DNA from: Orbicella franksi
Lineage: Eukaryota
Direction of reading: 5' to 3'
Assembly (NCBI GenBank): GCA_964199315.1
Contig: OZ116701.1
Location: forward strand, 22,072,001 to 22,136,000
DNA length: 64,000 bases
Shown here: piece by piece, positions 1-13,113 of the stretch
Position numbering within the stretch: the stretch's first letter is position 1
Layout of the letters: each line of letters begins with the position of its first letter
Made by a program: the position numbers and the translations under genes
The notes under the pieces: model-generated
Seen by the model: the letters and a program-made list of their open reading frames with translations, nothing else
What the model was told of the DNA's origin: nothing
Databases searched by the model: none

Positions 1-509
1 CTATTCAAGAACAAGAAATAATAGCTCCTGGATAGGACAACTTTAAAAAGTGCTTTCCAATCTCCTGTCACTATGTTTAACTTTTAATTGGTTTATGTGA
101 ATTGCTAACTGTCGAACATTTGTGCAAGAGCAGCAAAAGCATGGCTGAGCTGGTCATACGGTTGTGCCACATTTTTACTAAGTCTCGAATGTGAGCCATG
201 CAGCATGGTTGCCGATATATAAAAACAGACAGATTCATGTGGCTCCTGATTCTTATACCAGAAAGCTTAGGTGCTTTAAGGCAATGTGGAGTGGTATTGA
301 AGAAAATCAACCACTTTTAGTATCTTTCCTGTAATATTTTTGGATTAAATGATCCATATTAATATTTGCTTATTTGTTTGCGGTTGGACTGTTGCACTTC
401 TTATTTTAAATTTATATAAGCAGAATTTATTTGGAACTTCCCACTACACTTTTCAAAGTTACACTTTTGATAACCTTGGTTTGATTTTTTTGTTGTACCG
501 GTAATACAT

Positions 510-760
510 TGCAATGATCAATCATGTCTTCGTATCTTTCTCCGCAGTTCAAATATATGGTCTTCCATATATTCACTTGTATTCTTCACCATCTACGGGT
601 ATGTTACGAACTCACAATGTGACCAGCTCCCAGTTGGTAGAGCACTGCACCGGTATAGCAGAGGTCATAGGTTTGAATCCCGTTCAGGCCTGAATTTTTT
701 TCAGGCTTTAATCTCACAACTGCTTAAGTTGTGTGTATAACTGCAATCATGTCTTCATGT
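510..760 (+). repeat. tRNA-derived repeat (SINE-like), degenerate
   Basis: cagttggtagagcactgcaccggtatagcagaggtcataggtttgaatcccgttcaggcctgaattttttcaggc resembles the tRNA-like units at 60168-60900. Confidence 0.7.
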
Positions 761-1971
761 TCACAGTAATGTTGACATCAAGGGAATACCACAAAATGAC
801 AAACTAGACATGACAGCAGACAGGAAATTAAACAAAGTTAAAGCGCTGTGGCTGCAGTTCAGCCAGATTGTGTATCAGCGGACATTCTTCAAGTGCTAGG
901 TAACCGCTCACTAGTCGTGCTTTCCGCCATTTTGTGTTTTCGCATCGCGTGGTGCTTAGATGTAAACAAAATCGTTTTCCATTGGATCGTATCATGTGTT
1001 ACCGAAGACCTAAATGGTGAGAAACAGTTTTTTGTATCTTTTGCGAATTGTTGTTAGTCTTTTTCTTGGCAATGTGTTAGTATATAAGTTTATTTCTTTT
1101 CATTTTTGTCATCCAGATTGTTATCTCGGGTAAATCATACATCCATGTAATTCAGTGTTAAGGAAGCAAATTGTACGCCGAGCAGTACTCGCTACCTGTG
1201 CATAAATGTCGTTTTGGGTTTGAAACTCTTCTGGTGAAGTTACCTAGAAGCAGCCACAAGCGCAATGTTTCTAAAATGTCTAGAAACAGTTTTTATATAG
1301 TGGACATTATGTTCCTATGCAAGCAATGAATTGACAGGATTTTAATTAATGATAGCATTTTATTTTTGCCCTTAAAATTGTTTTGTCTCTTGTGCGTGTA
1401 TAAATATTGTGTTATTTGCATGCAACACATTGACATATATTTTCGTTTTTCTCAAAGGGAAATACTGTGAGTTAAAGCATGAAATGTGGTATGGTATATG
1501 TTGAATTATTTTAAGGCTGTAAAGTAAAATAATTGAAACAAGAGGCACCAGCTGCATTCTTGTGGTGTTAAACATGACCTATATTTTGTCATTATTTTAA
1601 ACATACCTCATAGGTGTTTTTCAGCTGGTTTGGAAAACCACTATATCAACATATCTGAGATTAGTTCAAAACAACAAATTAATCAGAATGGTTGTTCCAT
1701 ATTTGCGTGAAGTTTAAAGTCAACTGAATTTGATTTAAGACTTAAGCAGCGCTTCGTCCTCACACTTTATTTCGAGCATTTTATTACACGAAAAACTGCA
1801 CTTTGACCACAATTTTAAATTTTCTCAAATTTCTAAAAAATAAAAATTTGCAGGAGTCTTTAAATATGATTTTTAGGAACAGGTCACCCAAGGGTATCTT
1901 TGGGTGAAAAAATGAGCGATATGCCAAAGGGGTTGTTGACCGATGTTTCTCGATCTCAACAGTCAGTCATT

Positions 1972-2097
1972 CTTAAGCAGTTGTGAAATTAAAGCCTGCA
2001 AAAAATTCAGACTCAAACAGAATTCAAACCCATGACCTCTGCAATACCAATGCAGTGCTCTATGAATTGAGCTGTCAAGCCAACTGGGAGCAGGTCA
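1972..2097 (-). repeat. tRNA-derived repeat, degenerate, same family as 510-760
   Basis: Reverse complement carries a decayed tRNA-like head plus the cctg-T-run-caggc tail and the actgcttaag motif. Confidence 0.6.
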
Positions 2098-2652
2098 GCA
2101 AGATCTCACTGAGATTCAAGAAAACTTGCTGAGATTTTGAAAACTCATGGGACTTTAAAGCATAGTTGAGCTCTATGAGTTTCTTCAGATTGAAATCCAT
2201 CAAAGGAGAAAACATTCATAGCAGCATTTTTTTTATGAATTTTGAGGTGACTGTGTATGGTAATGACTTGTGGTCAAACATTGTGATTGTTTCACACTCC
2301 CAAGGGTACATTATGAAAACAACATTTAATTTGAGTACAAGATGTAATAGTGAGATTACACCTTTTTGAGCACTTGGTCTTGACTCTTACAATACAAAGG
2401 TAGTCACAATACTAGGGAAAAATTTTTTTGGTCAAATATGCTAATCTACTGCAACTGTGATTTTGACTTTAAGGTACAGGTAAATACAACATCTCTATCC
2501 ACTGTTCAGCAGGTTCACTAAAAAGTTAGCAGCAAGTTAAGGACAGAAGGATCATAAAAGCAAACAACTGACAACATTTTCTGAGTAAAATGGAACTCAA
2601 AGACCTATACTGCCCCATAGAGACTTTGCATTAATATACAGTATATACCGAC

Positions 2653-2785
2653 CTGAATAAAAAATGGAACACCAGCACTCCTTCTTGTACCACACAAAGT
2701 CTCTGAGGGAAAAGCACTGCCAAGGTCCTGTAATAAAGTCCACAACCAGTGTTCTGGTAATTGGCAAAGATCGGTATCTGTACTT
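2653..2785 (-). CDS. THADA: THADA-like exon (most 3' exon found; gene should continue off the window start)
   Basis: ctctag|A AGT...CAG|gtcgg; STDTDLCQLPEHWLWTLLQDLGSAFPSETLCGTRRSAGVPFFIQ matches the THADA TRRSAGIPF motif; phase 2 to 0. Confidence 0.92.
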
Positions 2786-3047
2786 CTAGAGAGTTGAAGG
2801 AGAATATTTCAAATTACTTATAGGAGATTCAATACTAAAAATCAGTGCCACCTAACAGCATGGTTGAAGGAATTTGGGCAGCATCCTTGTGGCGTTTTGG
2901 TCATTTTCATTAAGTGATTATGGGAAAGCAACACAAAGCTATATATTGGTAATACAACTGATTACTGGTGGATATTCACACACCTGCCAACTCACTCATA
3001 GTAGGAAATCAAGAGAGAGACAGCATTGTTAAAACATGGGTTGCAGG

Positions 3048-3099
3048 TCAAGGGTAAGGGTCAAGGGTGAGGGTAAAGGGTAAGGGTCAAGGATAAGGG
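3048..3099 (+). repeat. G-rich telomere-variant microsatellite (TAAGGG/TCAAGGG/TGAGGG)
   Basis: tcaagggtaagggtcaagggtgagggtaaagggtaagggtcaaggataaggg, seven GGG runs. Confidence 0.8.
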
Positions 3100-3457
3100 C
3101 CACTATTTTCAAAGGGAGGGTCAAGTAATTTCTACTCATTAGAATTTACACTGGCCAGCTGTAAAATAATGAACAAAGAAAGTTCTGATAGGAAAATGCC
3201 CGTACACAGAAAGGAAGAAAAATACATTCCTGTCTAAGCTGTTCCTGTGTAGTTTGCATATTACGTTCAGTCCACATGACCCACCCCTGCCACCCCCCAA
3301 GAGAAGCACACCTCAACATACTTGCAAATGCCCTCCACCTACTATAATAGTGGTATGTCCTTCCTTAAAAAAGAACTGTACACTTACAAGGGAAAAATGC
3401 ATTGTGGGAATAGAACTGTAATCTGACACTTGATTTAACAAAAGGAAATTATCCCAA

Positions 3458-3560
3458 ATTAGTATTAGTATTTGTGTTAGTATTAGTATTAGCTTTAGTG
3501 TTAGTGTAAGCATTAGCGTTAGCATTAGTATTAGCAGCAGCAACAGTAGTGCAGTACTAA
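3458..3560 (+). repeat. degenerate (TTAGTA)n hexamer microsatellite
   Basis: Run of ttagta/ttagca/ttagtg units grading into CAG/TAG repeats. Confidence 0.8.
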
Positions 3561-3624
3561 TAGCAGTAGAACCAGTGGCAGTGAATGGTACTGGAAATAC
3601 TAGTAGGCAAGTATAAATCAATAC

Positions 3625-3734
3625 CTCCACAAAACAGCAGAAAGCTTAGCAAAGCCAGTGTATGCTAGTTCAAAAGCACCTCTGTGTTTTGAAGTCAGCA
3701 ATACTTTAGTAAAGAAATCACCAATCTTACCTAA
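3625..3734 (-). CDS. THADA: THADA-like exon
   Basis: ttttcag|TTA...TGG AG|gtatt; LGKIGDFFTKVLLTSKHRGAFELAYTGFAKLSAVLW matches the THADA RHRGAFELAYTGF motif; phase 0 to 2. Confidence 0.92.
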
Positions 3735-5156
3735 CTGAAAAAGAAAACAACACAGAGTAGAGCAGAATTAACACTACAACCAAAAAGCATGTTTTATCAC
3801 AAACATTACCTACGTTAAAATTGAATAAAGCATTCTGTGGTACAAATTATTAAAAATATAGCTTAAGATCGTCAGTCTACTGTTTGTGAGGGTACAAATG
3901 TGATAAAATGAGACGTTACAAATTTGCATAAATTTATTTATCTCTGCAAATTACTTTCTATATCCAAATTTTTAATGTTTCTTTTTATCACAAATTTCTA
4001 TCCATTGAAGACAGTAGACTGGCTGTTGAAAGATTATTTTTCAGATAACTTTTACCAGAGAATGCTTTATTCCATTTATTATGATCAATCCTGGCAAGAG
4101 ATTCCCAATATGTTTACTCATCTATGTTGATGCACTGACCAAAACACTTCTGTCTTTGTGTCAATTTGATAGTTCAATCGAACCTCTCCACAACAACAAC
4201 CACCCTGAGGACAGTGGTAAGTGGCCATTGTAGAGAGGGGGTCATTATGGGGAGGTAGGGGTGTAATACAACACTTATGATATGCCAATATTTTTGTGAC
4301 TTCTGCGCTTGCACAGCAGTCACTATTGCCATTGTCTGAGTTTTCCAGAAAGTAAGTAAGTAACAATAGAGTGTACGTCGGAGCCAATCAGCACAACAGA
4401 AATATATCTTGTGGTCTCTCGGGAATACTTCATATCAACGATGATTTGCCAATAATCCTCAATGACCAACAAAAATCTTGGTTTCCTTGCGGAGTGGTTC
4501 ACTTCTGTATCAGCTTCTCCCTGAGATTGAACGAGGTGAGTGTCTTTTAAGCAGTAGAGGTCTTTTTCCATGTTAACATAGCCTCATCTAAACATGAGAA
4601 GGGTTGGGAGAATTTGAGACAGTTATGCAAACCTGAGACTACATCTTGGGTTTGCATAACTTTCAAGAATTCTCCCAGCCCCCTGAGTGTTTAGATAAGG
4701 CTTTGTAAACACAGAAAAAGTGTTCTACTGCTTTTATGAAATAATTCTCAAAAATACACATGAATCTAAAACATCACAACCATGTTTACATACTCTCATC
4801 TAAACACACCTATTGACCAATGAGAACACATGCAGTAGCTCAGTTATTTTATAATATATTTTACAACATCAACTTCTCACAGCTTTCATGTTTTGTTTGT
4901 AATCGATCAGATGAAAGGTTATGAGAGTATTCTTCAGCTTTTAAGTCGATATGTACAACAAATTTCTATAGTACTCCGACCTGATTTGACGATGCTTGCT
5001 AAACCACATGAATGCTTGTTGATACTCCATAAGCAACAGGTGCGCTTGCTGATACTCCATAATTTGGAAGTTCTTAAGCCTCATATGAGGAAAAGTTACT
5101 TGAATCTTTACTTAACTGAACCTCAATAACAAAATTGAGCCCTTCTAAGCAATATT

Positions 5157-5370
5157 GAGCCCCATTGTGGGATAATCGAGCCTCTTTTGAGGTATACACA
5201 GCCCCATTGTGGGATAATCAAGCCTCTTATGAGGAATACGGAGCCCCATTGTGGGATGATCCAGTCTCTTATGAGGAATACAGAGCCCCCACTGTGGGAT
5301 GATTGAGTCTCTTTTGAGGAATAGTCAGCCCCATTGTGGGATAATTGAGCCACTTTGAAGGAGTATTGAG
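5157..5370 (+). repeat. 42-bp minisatellite, about 5 copies
   Basis: gcccca(t/c)tgtgggat recurs at 5159, 5201, 5243, 5285 and 5328. Confidence 0.9.
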
Positions 5371-5455
5371 CACTCTAGCTCTAGGGGAAAACATAATTGT
5401 CTTTTCTATAGCAGGATAAACAAATCTTTTTCAGGAAATCAGAACCCTGCACTGC

Positions 5456-5651
5456 AACAAATTGACGTCAGTTTTTCGTGCGTCTGTCCTACTATTGATC
5501 ATGTATTTCATCATGACATTGCGACAGTAGCTGTGGATTCAGGAGGCGATAGCAGAGTGGATCCACAGACTACTTAGACAATGTTATGAGGAAATTATTG
5601 GTAATTATCAATAACAGGACAGACGCACGAAAAAACTGAGGTCAATTTGTT
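5456..5651. mobile_element. palindromic MITE-like fold-back, about 195 bp
   Basis: aacaaattgacgtcagtttttcgtgcgtctgtcc ... ggacagacgcacgaaaaaactgaggtcaatttgtt; pairing continues toward the centre. Confidence 0.75.
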
Positions 5652-6299
5652 TTTTTACGATAACAAATTGTCAAATTGTCCACTCTGACTTGTTGACGCA
5701 TCGCACAAATTATAAATTCATGTGTCTGTATGCTTGTTGACAATAAAAATTAGCCACTGAGTGCACAAGAATTTCTGTAGTTATTGTAAAAAGTGATACA
5801 GTAACTTCTTTTGAATACAATGTAGTTCTCACAAAGCTGTTCAGTATAATTAAATTGTTGCTATGATCCATTCCATTCTCCTTGATTGTAATAACTCTTG
5901 TTTGATCACCTACTTCACAATGTATACTGTGACACCTAGTTGCATGTTTAGCTGCCAAAAGTTGTGTTTCATTAAGTTTTATTTGTTGACTTTGTTAATA
6001 CTTAAATTGTTCTACTTATGCATTCAATATGTTTTGTTCTTGTTACCTATGAACATACAAAATAATAATGGAGTAAATTCTTTTGAATAGTTCTTAGAGT
6101 TCTAATAAAATATTGTTGCTAGGACCCATACCATTCTCCTTCACTGTAATAACTCTTGCTCAATCATCAAACAAGAATTATTACCAGTATCTATACTGGT
6201 AAGTAACAAGAACAAAACCTATTAAATGCATTGTACAATAATTCAAGTATTAACAAAGTGAACAAATAAAACTTAATGAAACACAACTTACTGTAGTTC

Positions 6300-8490
6300 T
6301 ACATGAAACTAGGTGCCACAGTATACTATATGGATATCATTGAAGATGTAGGGAGTAAAGCAATGCAGTGGTGCAGCAATGTTGTCCTAACCCCAAAGAA
6401 AGATGGAGAAAACATCAGGGTGAGCCTGGACATGACAATGTACATAAAGAGAACCAGACATGCCATTCCCACCTTAAGAGAACTGGAGGAGAGACTAATG
6501 GGGCCAAGTATTTCTCCCACTTAGACATGAAGGATGGCTATATGCAGCTAGAGATGGCAGAGGAATGCAGGAAGCTCACCACATTTTACATGCATAGAGG
6601 GCTCGAACGTTTCAAAAGGCTGCATTTCTGGGTTAACATCCTAGTTTTCAGCACAACGCCAGACATGTACAGCAGCTGTGGTACGAACATGAGCTCAAGC
6701 TTTGCTTGAAGAAGAGCAGTCTCAACCTCCAAGCTGTCAAGTTCTTTGGAAAGGCTTTTTCAAGGGAAGGCATATCACCAGACCCAGATAAGGTAGCAGC
6801 CCTAAAGGTAGCAGGACCAGATAAGGTAGAAGCCCTAAGGGCAGGAGGACCCCCGCAGTCAACAACAGAGATACACTCCTTCCTGTTCATTGCTGGAGCA
6901 ATTGCCGACTTTATGGAGGGATTTACACAAGTCACTGCACTGATGAGAGAAGTGCTCAAGGATTACACCAGAGCGCCAAAGGTCATTTGAATGGGTCCAG
7001 GAAATGCTAACGGATGACATGTTGATGGCATACTTTGATCCATGGAGAAGGACAAAACTGAAAACTGATGCGGGACCAGGTGGAATGGCAACCACCATAA
7101 AGCAGTACGATGCGGAGGCCAAGAGATGGCAGCCAGTGATTAACCCTCATGAGCACTTATGGATACTGAAAGCAGATAAAATGGAACCTCCCTTACGCCA
7201 CCACCCAAAATGTCAAGCCTAGTTGGTCGCTTATGGGAGGTGGTTGCTTAAAAGAACTTAGATAATATTGGGTCAAAATTTTGTCTCATTAGCATATGGC
7301 AACTACACAGACTTATCACTTGTCTTAATTGTTTTATTTGTATCTTTGCCAATCAGATATAAGATAAGATAAGATAAAATTTTATTGTACATTCCTTAGA
7401 AGGTTTTTCAGTGAGCAATATAATACATGAAGTGAAATAAGTACAAATAAATACAATATATGTGCATAGCACGGCTGCTGCCTTTGATGTTGACACTGAC
7501 CAGAAACCACTGGTACGGAACAACTGCACCACTCGGCATAGAGACAATGCGGGTCCATCTTCAAGGCTTTAACTACTGCCACAACTATATACTAAGGAAG
7601 AATTAAAGAACAATGAAGCAGATTATCACTCATGTCATCCAGAACCACTGGCTGCACAATAGAGCCAGGCCAGCAAGAACAAGGAAGAATTTGAGCTAAG
7701 AGAGACTGTGGAAGAGTTTCAGAAGGATATCATGGCTATTGTGAAATCATCAGTACCTGAAGCAGTCACCTGGCAGGAGCTGCTAGAGGAAACACACACA
7801 GACACTGAACGGCTGGACTTGAAGGAAGCCGTAGCTAGAGGATACCTCACGGTGAAGGAGAAGACAGTGCTTGAGCTCCAGTATGACCCCATTTTCATGG
7901 AGTTGGCTGTCATAGCAGTGCTGGTAGTCCAAGGTGCACGAAGAGTAATTCATCACGCTCTGCAGCATAAGGTGGGGTTGAGTATTCCTCTGAAGCTTGA
8001 GCACAAAGCCCACCAAGGCATTACAAAGACAAAGAAGTACCTGTGCACCAGAGTGTGGTTCCCAGGGTTGGACAAAATGGTGGAGGCACACATCCAGCAC
8101 AGCCACCCATGCCAAGTAGTGACTGAGTCACAGGAGTGAGAGCCATTGCGCATAACACCCATTGCCCAGTATGCCATGGAAAGATGTTGCTGTGGACTTC
8201 CAGGGCCCCATTCATACTGGAGTGTATCTGCTGGTTATGGTGTGCAAGCAGTCTAGATGGGCAGAAGTAGAATTTACCACCCCTACGAGTGCCACGGTGG
8301 TGATACGAAAGATGGATAATACCTTCGCCTCGCTGGGCATACCTGTGTCAGTAAGCAGTGATAATGGACCCCTGTTCAACGGCATAGACTTCAGTGACTT
8401 CAGCAAGCATTTGGGCTTTCATCATGAGCGAAAAACGCTGCTGAATCTGCAAGCCAATGCAGATGTTGAGCAGTTCATTAATTTACTGAA
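6300..8490 (+). mobile_element. degenerate Ty3/Gypsy pol remnant (RT, RNase H, integrase) in a THADA intron
   Basis: Frameshifted fragments NGAKYFSHLDMKDGYMQL (RT), TKLKTDAGPGG (RNase H), HQGITKTK..RVWFPGLD and PWKDVAVDF..VSSDNGP (integrase); no LTRs recognised. Confidence 0.85.
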
Positions 8491-8499
8491 GCTGCTGCA

Positions 8500-9430
8500 C
8501 AAAGGTAGTTCGTATAGTGTGATCGTCCGGGTCAGGGTAGTTCTGAAAAGAACTGCTGTTGGTGACTGACATTTCGACAACCTGAGTGGAAGTCATCTCA
8601 GGGTCAAGTGAATAATGTTTGCCAGTCGATGATGTTATAAGTCTGGTCCATTGAACGTGATTGGTCAGTTTAGTCATAATGGTATTGGCTGAAAGACTTG
8701 TGTAAATTTCGTCATCAGTCATTGGTCAGTTTTGATCTGTCTATTGCTTGTCAAATTGGTTGGTTTTTGGTCCGTCTATTGTTAGTCAAATTAGGTTGGT
8801 CTGTTAGAAGTCTGTTTGTCGGATTTGTTTCCATCATGGATAAGTCGTTTGTAGGGTGCCAGTAGTTGTTGACATCTGTTTAGAGGCATTTGTTCTAGGT
8901 TAGTGTACCAGCTTTCCAGAGTCAGTCGTTGAAAATAGTTTGTACTTTAGGTTAAGCTCTGAGCAGAGTCCCTGTCGATGTTGTGGTTTGTCACTTGATG
9001 GTCGCTCATTTGTGTTCAGTCAGTCTCGTGTTAAGATTTCTGCCAGTCTCACCAATGTAGGAAGCCCGGCAGTCGAAGCATTTGATCTTGTAAAGTGCTC
9101 CCTGTCTGTGGTTGGGTTCGTCCCTGTCTTTAACATTGGTCAGTAAGTGTTGTAACGTAGTTGTAGGTTTGTGGGCTACAGCCCCATGGGATGGTCTCAG
9201 AAGTGCCCTTAATGTAAGGTATAGTCACTGTAGTAACAGGTGTTGGGTTCCTGTTTGCTGCGTCAGCTTCAGTAGGTTGGTTCACGTTCAACAGACCAGA
9301 CTTTTAACATCATCAACTGACGAACAATTATTCACTTGACTCCGAAGATGACTTCTGCTCAGGTTGTCGAAACATCAGTCACCAACAACAGTTCTTTTCA
9401 GAACTACCCTCACCCGCACAATCACACTAT
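8500..9430 (-). mobile_element. 5'-truncated Penelope-like element with inverted terminal (pLTR) copies
   Basis: Minus strand reads ASYIGETGRNLNTRLTEHK (GIY-YIG) near 9000-9070; a terminal module of about 100 bp occurs inverted at ~8510-8612 and 9328-9430. Confidence 0.75.
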
Positions 9431-11600
9431 ACTGTACTGTCAGACAAATGTGCCAACAACTTTGGTTCAACCACCGCTGCAAAGACCAAGGTCTCGTTCC
9501 AGCCGGACTTTAACTAAGTCTCCATTGAACACACAAGAGGCCATCCAGATCGTCAAATCCACCTGCAGATGTCTGGTCAAAGCGCAGAGAAACGAATGTC
9601 ACAGAAGACTCAGTTATTGCAACAATAAACTAAAACAACGTCTTGACAAACTTAAACAACTGTTACTGACTAACTTACTTGAGACTATTATGACAATCGG
9701 CAACAGGTGAGCCGACAAAACCACAGACTGCCTGTTATTAACTGAGGTCTTTGCTTGACAAAAGTCAATATAGGAATCATAATTTCTTGAGTTTGACAGC
9801 TAACTGGTAAATGAATTCTTGTTACCCCAAATGGATATTAAGCACAGAGCGATCCTATGAATGGCAAGGACATGCCATCTTTGAAGCACTTTGTTGGCTT
9901 TTTTGTGCAATGGTGGAAAGCCAAAATAACGGTCACATAACATAGAAGTCATGGAGAAATAGTGTTATTTTTGTTAAAACAACGAAGTCAGTTACGTAGA
10001 ATAATATAGGGTAAATAATAAAAATACAGTGAAAATAAAACTTATATTAACACTTTAGAAGATGCCTTGGGAAGAACAAAAATGATGAATTATCTTTGTC
10101 ACTTCACAGAACATTCAAATTTCACCGCTAACTAAAATAACAATGCTGATGCCTGTGATCAACGAGCTATCTGTTTCCATTTATCTCAGCATGCCAAGGA
10201 CGAAAACAAATCTTGTAAGAGGTGATTCTGGTGAGCCTGTGAAAACAGACGGATTTTAGTGGGATATTTAAAATTATTCAGATTTATGAGCGTTATGATC
10301 GTGCAAACAAAATGCAAACTGTTCTATATTCAGAGCAAAGAAATTGGAAACAAAAAGTATTACAAGAGAACTTAAAAAATGTCAAAAAGAGATTTCGCCT
10401 GAATATTGACGTTAGAAAGGAGAAGGAAGACTCAGGGCTGAGTGCAACAGAAACAAAAATTGTGTTCGTAAAAGACCACCTGAATTTTAGCAGCCAATGT
10501 TCACCTTGAGGAATCTCTTTAAGATAAATGGCTGAGGGATAACCATATTACTGTAAATATAATCTGTTACCTTTGCAGTCTGCTTGTATCTGTTTTTTTT
10601 TTTTACGAGTTTTAGTTTCCAAACCTATTTCTCAACCGCATTAATCCTCAAAGGAGCAAAGAAAATGTGGCATCAAAAGAACTAGACATGGCATTTTATA
10701 AATTTGAGTGAACAGCTCGTATTCATATGATAGGCTTTCACAAGTGGAGGAACATGATTATGAAGTTGAAATTAAAAAAGTCAATTTTCTTTGTAAACTT
10801 TTCTCCTGAAGCTATCGTTCATTTAGTTCAAAGGGCACTGCTTACTTGTAAAGTAAAACAGAAAATTACACCCCTCGCCCTCCAGAACCTTGTGGCAACA
10901 TGCTAAAATTAGCAAGTAATGAGCAAGTAAGCCAAACAAATGGGAGCATTCGTCCTTCGTTGGGATTTGTGATTGGCAGGCTGAACACCTCGGCCTCATT
11001 ATATAGGAATGCTCTGTGTTTAATAAAGAAATAGACTGATTGTTTAATTTGTAATTATCATTTGACCATAGTTCTTGTTCCTCAGATTCTTATACAGATT
11101 AAATAAACTGGATACAATTCACTAAATTCTTGTTTGGGTGTCTGCTGCTAAATTCCTGGGCACCTTGTAACCTGTTACTGTAACTGTTGCTATGGCACGG
11201 AATCAATTTTTTTAAGTGATAAGCAGAAGCTTGAAGAAGGTTAAAACCGAGCATCTAAAGTTAGATTGCTGTTTTACATAGTTAGACAACCTTGGAAGTC
11301 TAGCAGATCACACTGAAAATGAAAATGCTCATCAATCATAATGAATGTCAGACATTTTTTGGCTTAATAATATAGTGTCACTGATTGTTACTGTTCAAAG
11401 AAGGAAGATGTTATGTATGGCATTACTCCTAACAAAAATGCATAATTGTACAATTGTAAATTAAACAACTTTATCAAGCCACATAGTTGAACTACTCGCT
11501 GCAAGTGGCATTTGCATTTTAATACTGCTACAGTAGTTCTATTTTACTCACTTGCAGTTTGGCAGCGCATATAATATTCTGTGTGTAACAATTTCATCAC

Positions 11601-11797
11601 CTGTTTAGGAGTCAACAAACCATGCTTGCTGTTGCAAAGTTGTATTGGTGCATTCTCAGCAAGTTCCCCTAACAACAAAGCTACTTCCTTCATAGTCCTC
11701 CAGCAACACACTAAAAGGATCTGAGAGGCAGGGGCCATCATTTGACCTTCTTCTAAAACAGAATATTGTGGGACCCTACTGAAGTCTTCATTCACTC
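11601..11797 (-). CDS. THADA: THADA-like exon (conserved core region)
   Basis: cttacag|GA GTG...CAG|gtgat; QILLVCCWRTMKEVALLLGEL...LLTPKQ matches the THADA LVCCWRSMKEVALLLG signature; phase 1 to 0. Confidence 0.9.
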
Positions 11798-12858
11798 CTG
11801 TAAGAAGATAAAAAATTCAATCCATATCACTATGTAATACATGTAGTTTGATAAGGAAGGTAATTAAGAGGTCCTGACTGTGCATGGATATCAAAAACAC
11901 TGGTCAGAAAGTTTTTGAGCATCCTTTGGAAAAGTGCCATCTCAAACATTAACAAGTTTTATGTAAAAGTTAAGAAATTGACTATTTTCAGAAGCGAAAA
12001 ATACTCGTGGGTATGTCCAATATCAAACTGAAATAAGTATTGTGGGAAAGAAAAAACATAACATCATGAAATGAAAGATCTGGGCATTTTATGTTTGCAC
12101 TAGCAAAAACAAAAGTTTGTGACAAGCTTCTGCCAAAATTTGAATAATATTCATTTTTACGGCAACTTCTTCAACTAAGTTCATTGGTTATTTTTCACAA
12201 TGGTTGCTGAAATTTTAGCAAGATTTTAACACCATCCATTTCAACTTCTCTTTTTAAAGTCAACTTCAGTTTTTCAACAATTTTTCAAGACAACTTCTTA
12301 ACACTAAACTAGTAAACAGCCCCTTGCAAGCTGCAGTTATTAATGCTATTTATTTTCTGAGGTGTTTTGTCTAACTAACATAGACCTCTTCAGGGAATTT
12401 TACACACAGACACTACATGTCTGAATTCAAGCGATTCTAGTGGCTATTTCAAGGAACACAAGCTGCAAGGGTTTTTACAAAAGGGAACAGCTGTAAAATA
12501 TTTAGGCAAAATGTAAGAAAGTTTTGGGGGTCATGGTTTTAGCTGTCCCATACCCCTCTCCAAAAAGGAAACAATGGATTAACAAAATGAAGCCAAGGCA
12601 CTTAATTTAGCTTCCCATCCATACACACAAGTGTTTGAAGGCTGTTGTAACCCCCCTACTACTGAACTGGAGTTCTCAAAATGTATTTCAAATTCCTTAG
12701 GGGGTATTCAGTAACAGTGTAGCCAGTGTGATACTTCTGAGCTGTTAATTCTTGCTGTCTTGGTTGTATCAGTAAACAGCAGGCTGTTTGAAAAGGATCC
12801 TTAAGTTCTCTTCATCCTTTTCTTTCAACTGTTCATCCACACCTGTGCTAGGGACCTT

Positions 12859-13113
12859 AGATCATGTGTACTGAAGGCGTCCTTGGTCGAGTGTTGACTG
12901 ATACTCGGTCAACACTCTATCGACACTTGATCAACAGTCAGTCGATAGTCGGTCAAGCGTCGATCCACTTACATGAATTGATAGAAAGTTTCGTCCACTC
13001 TTGACCAAGATGTCAATGGAGTGTCAATCAAGTGTCAACTGAGGTATCGATGGAGTGTCGATCGAGGGTATCGATCGACACTCAAGCATGGATGCCTTTA
13101 TTACAAATGATCT
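12859..13113. mobile_element. MITE with ~24-bp TIRs and an 8-bp TSD
   Basis: agatcatgtgtactgaaggcgtcc / ggatgcctttattacaaatgatct; GGGACCTT on both sides (12851-12858 and 13114-13121); interior of tcgac/gtcga repeats. Confidence 0.75.

Noticed and set aside
3313-3630. 105-aa hydrophobic ORF
   Set aside because: Read-through of a THADA exon end into a hexamer microsatellite.
5157-5370. CRISPR-like array (also considered for 15464-16070 and 60320-60900)
   Set aside because: These are contiguous tandem units without unique spacers, there are no cas genes, and the context is eukaryotic.
12700-12842. Extra THADA exon starting cag|GT GTG GAT GAA CAG
   Set aside because: The phase fits, but the frame hits TGA after 23 codons, no donor is evident, and the flanking exons already join in phase.
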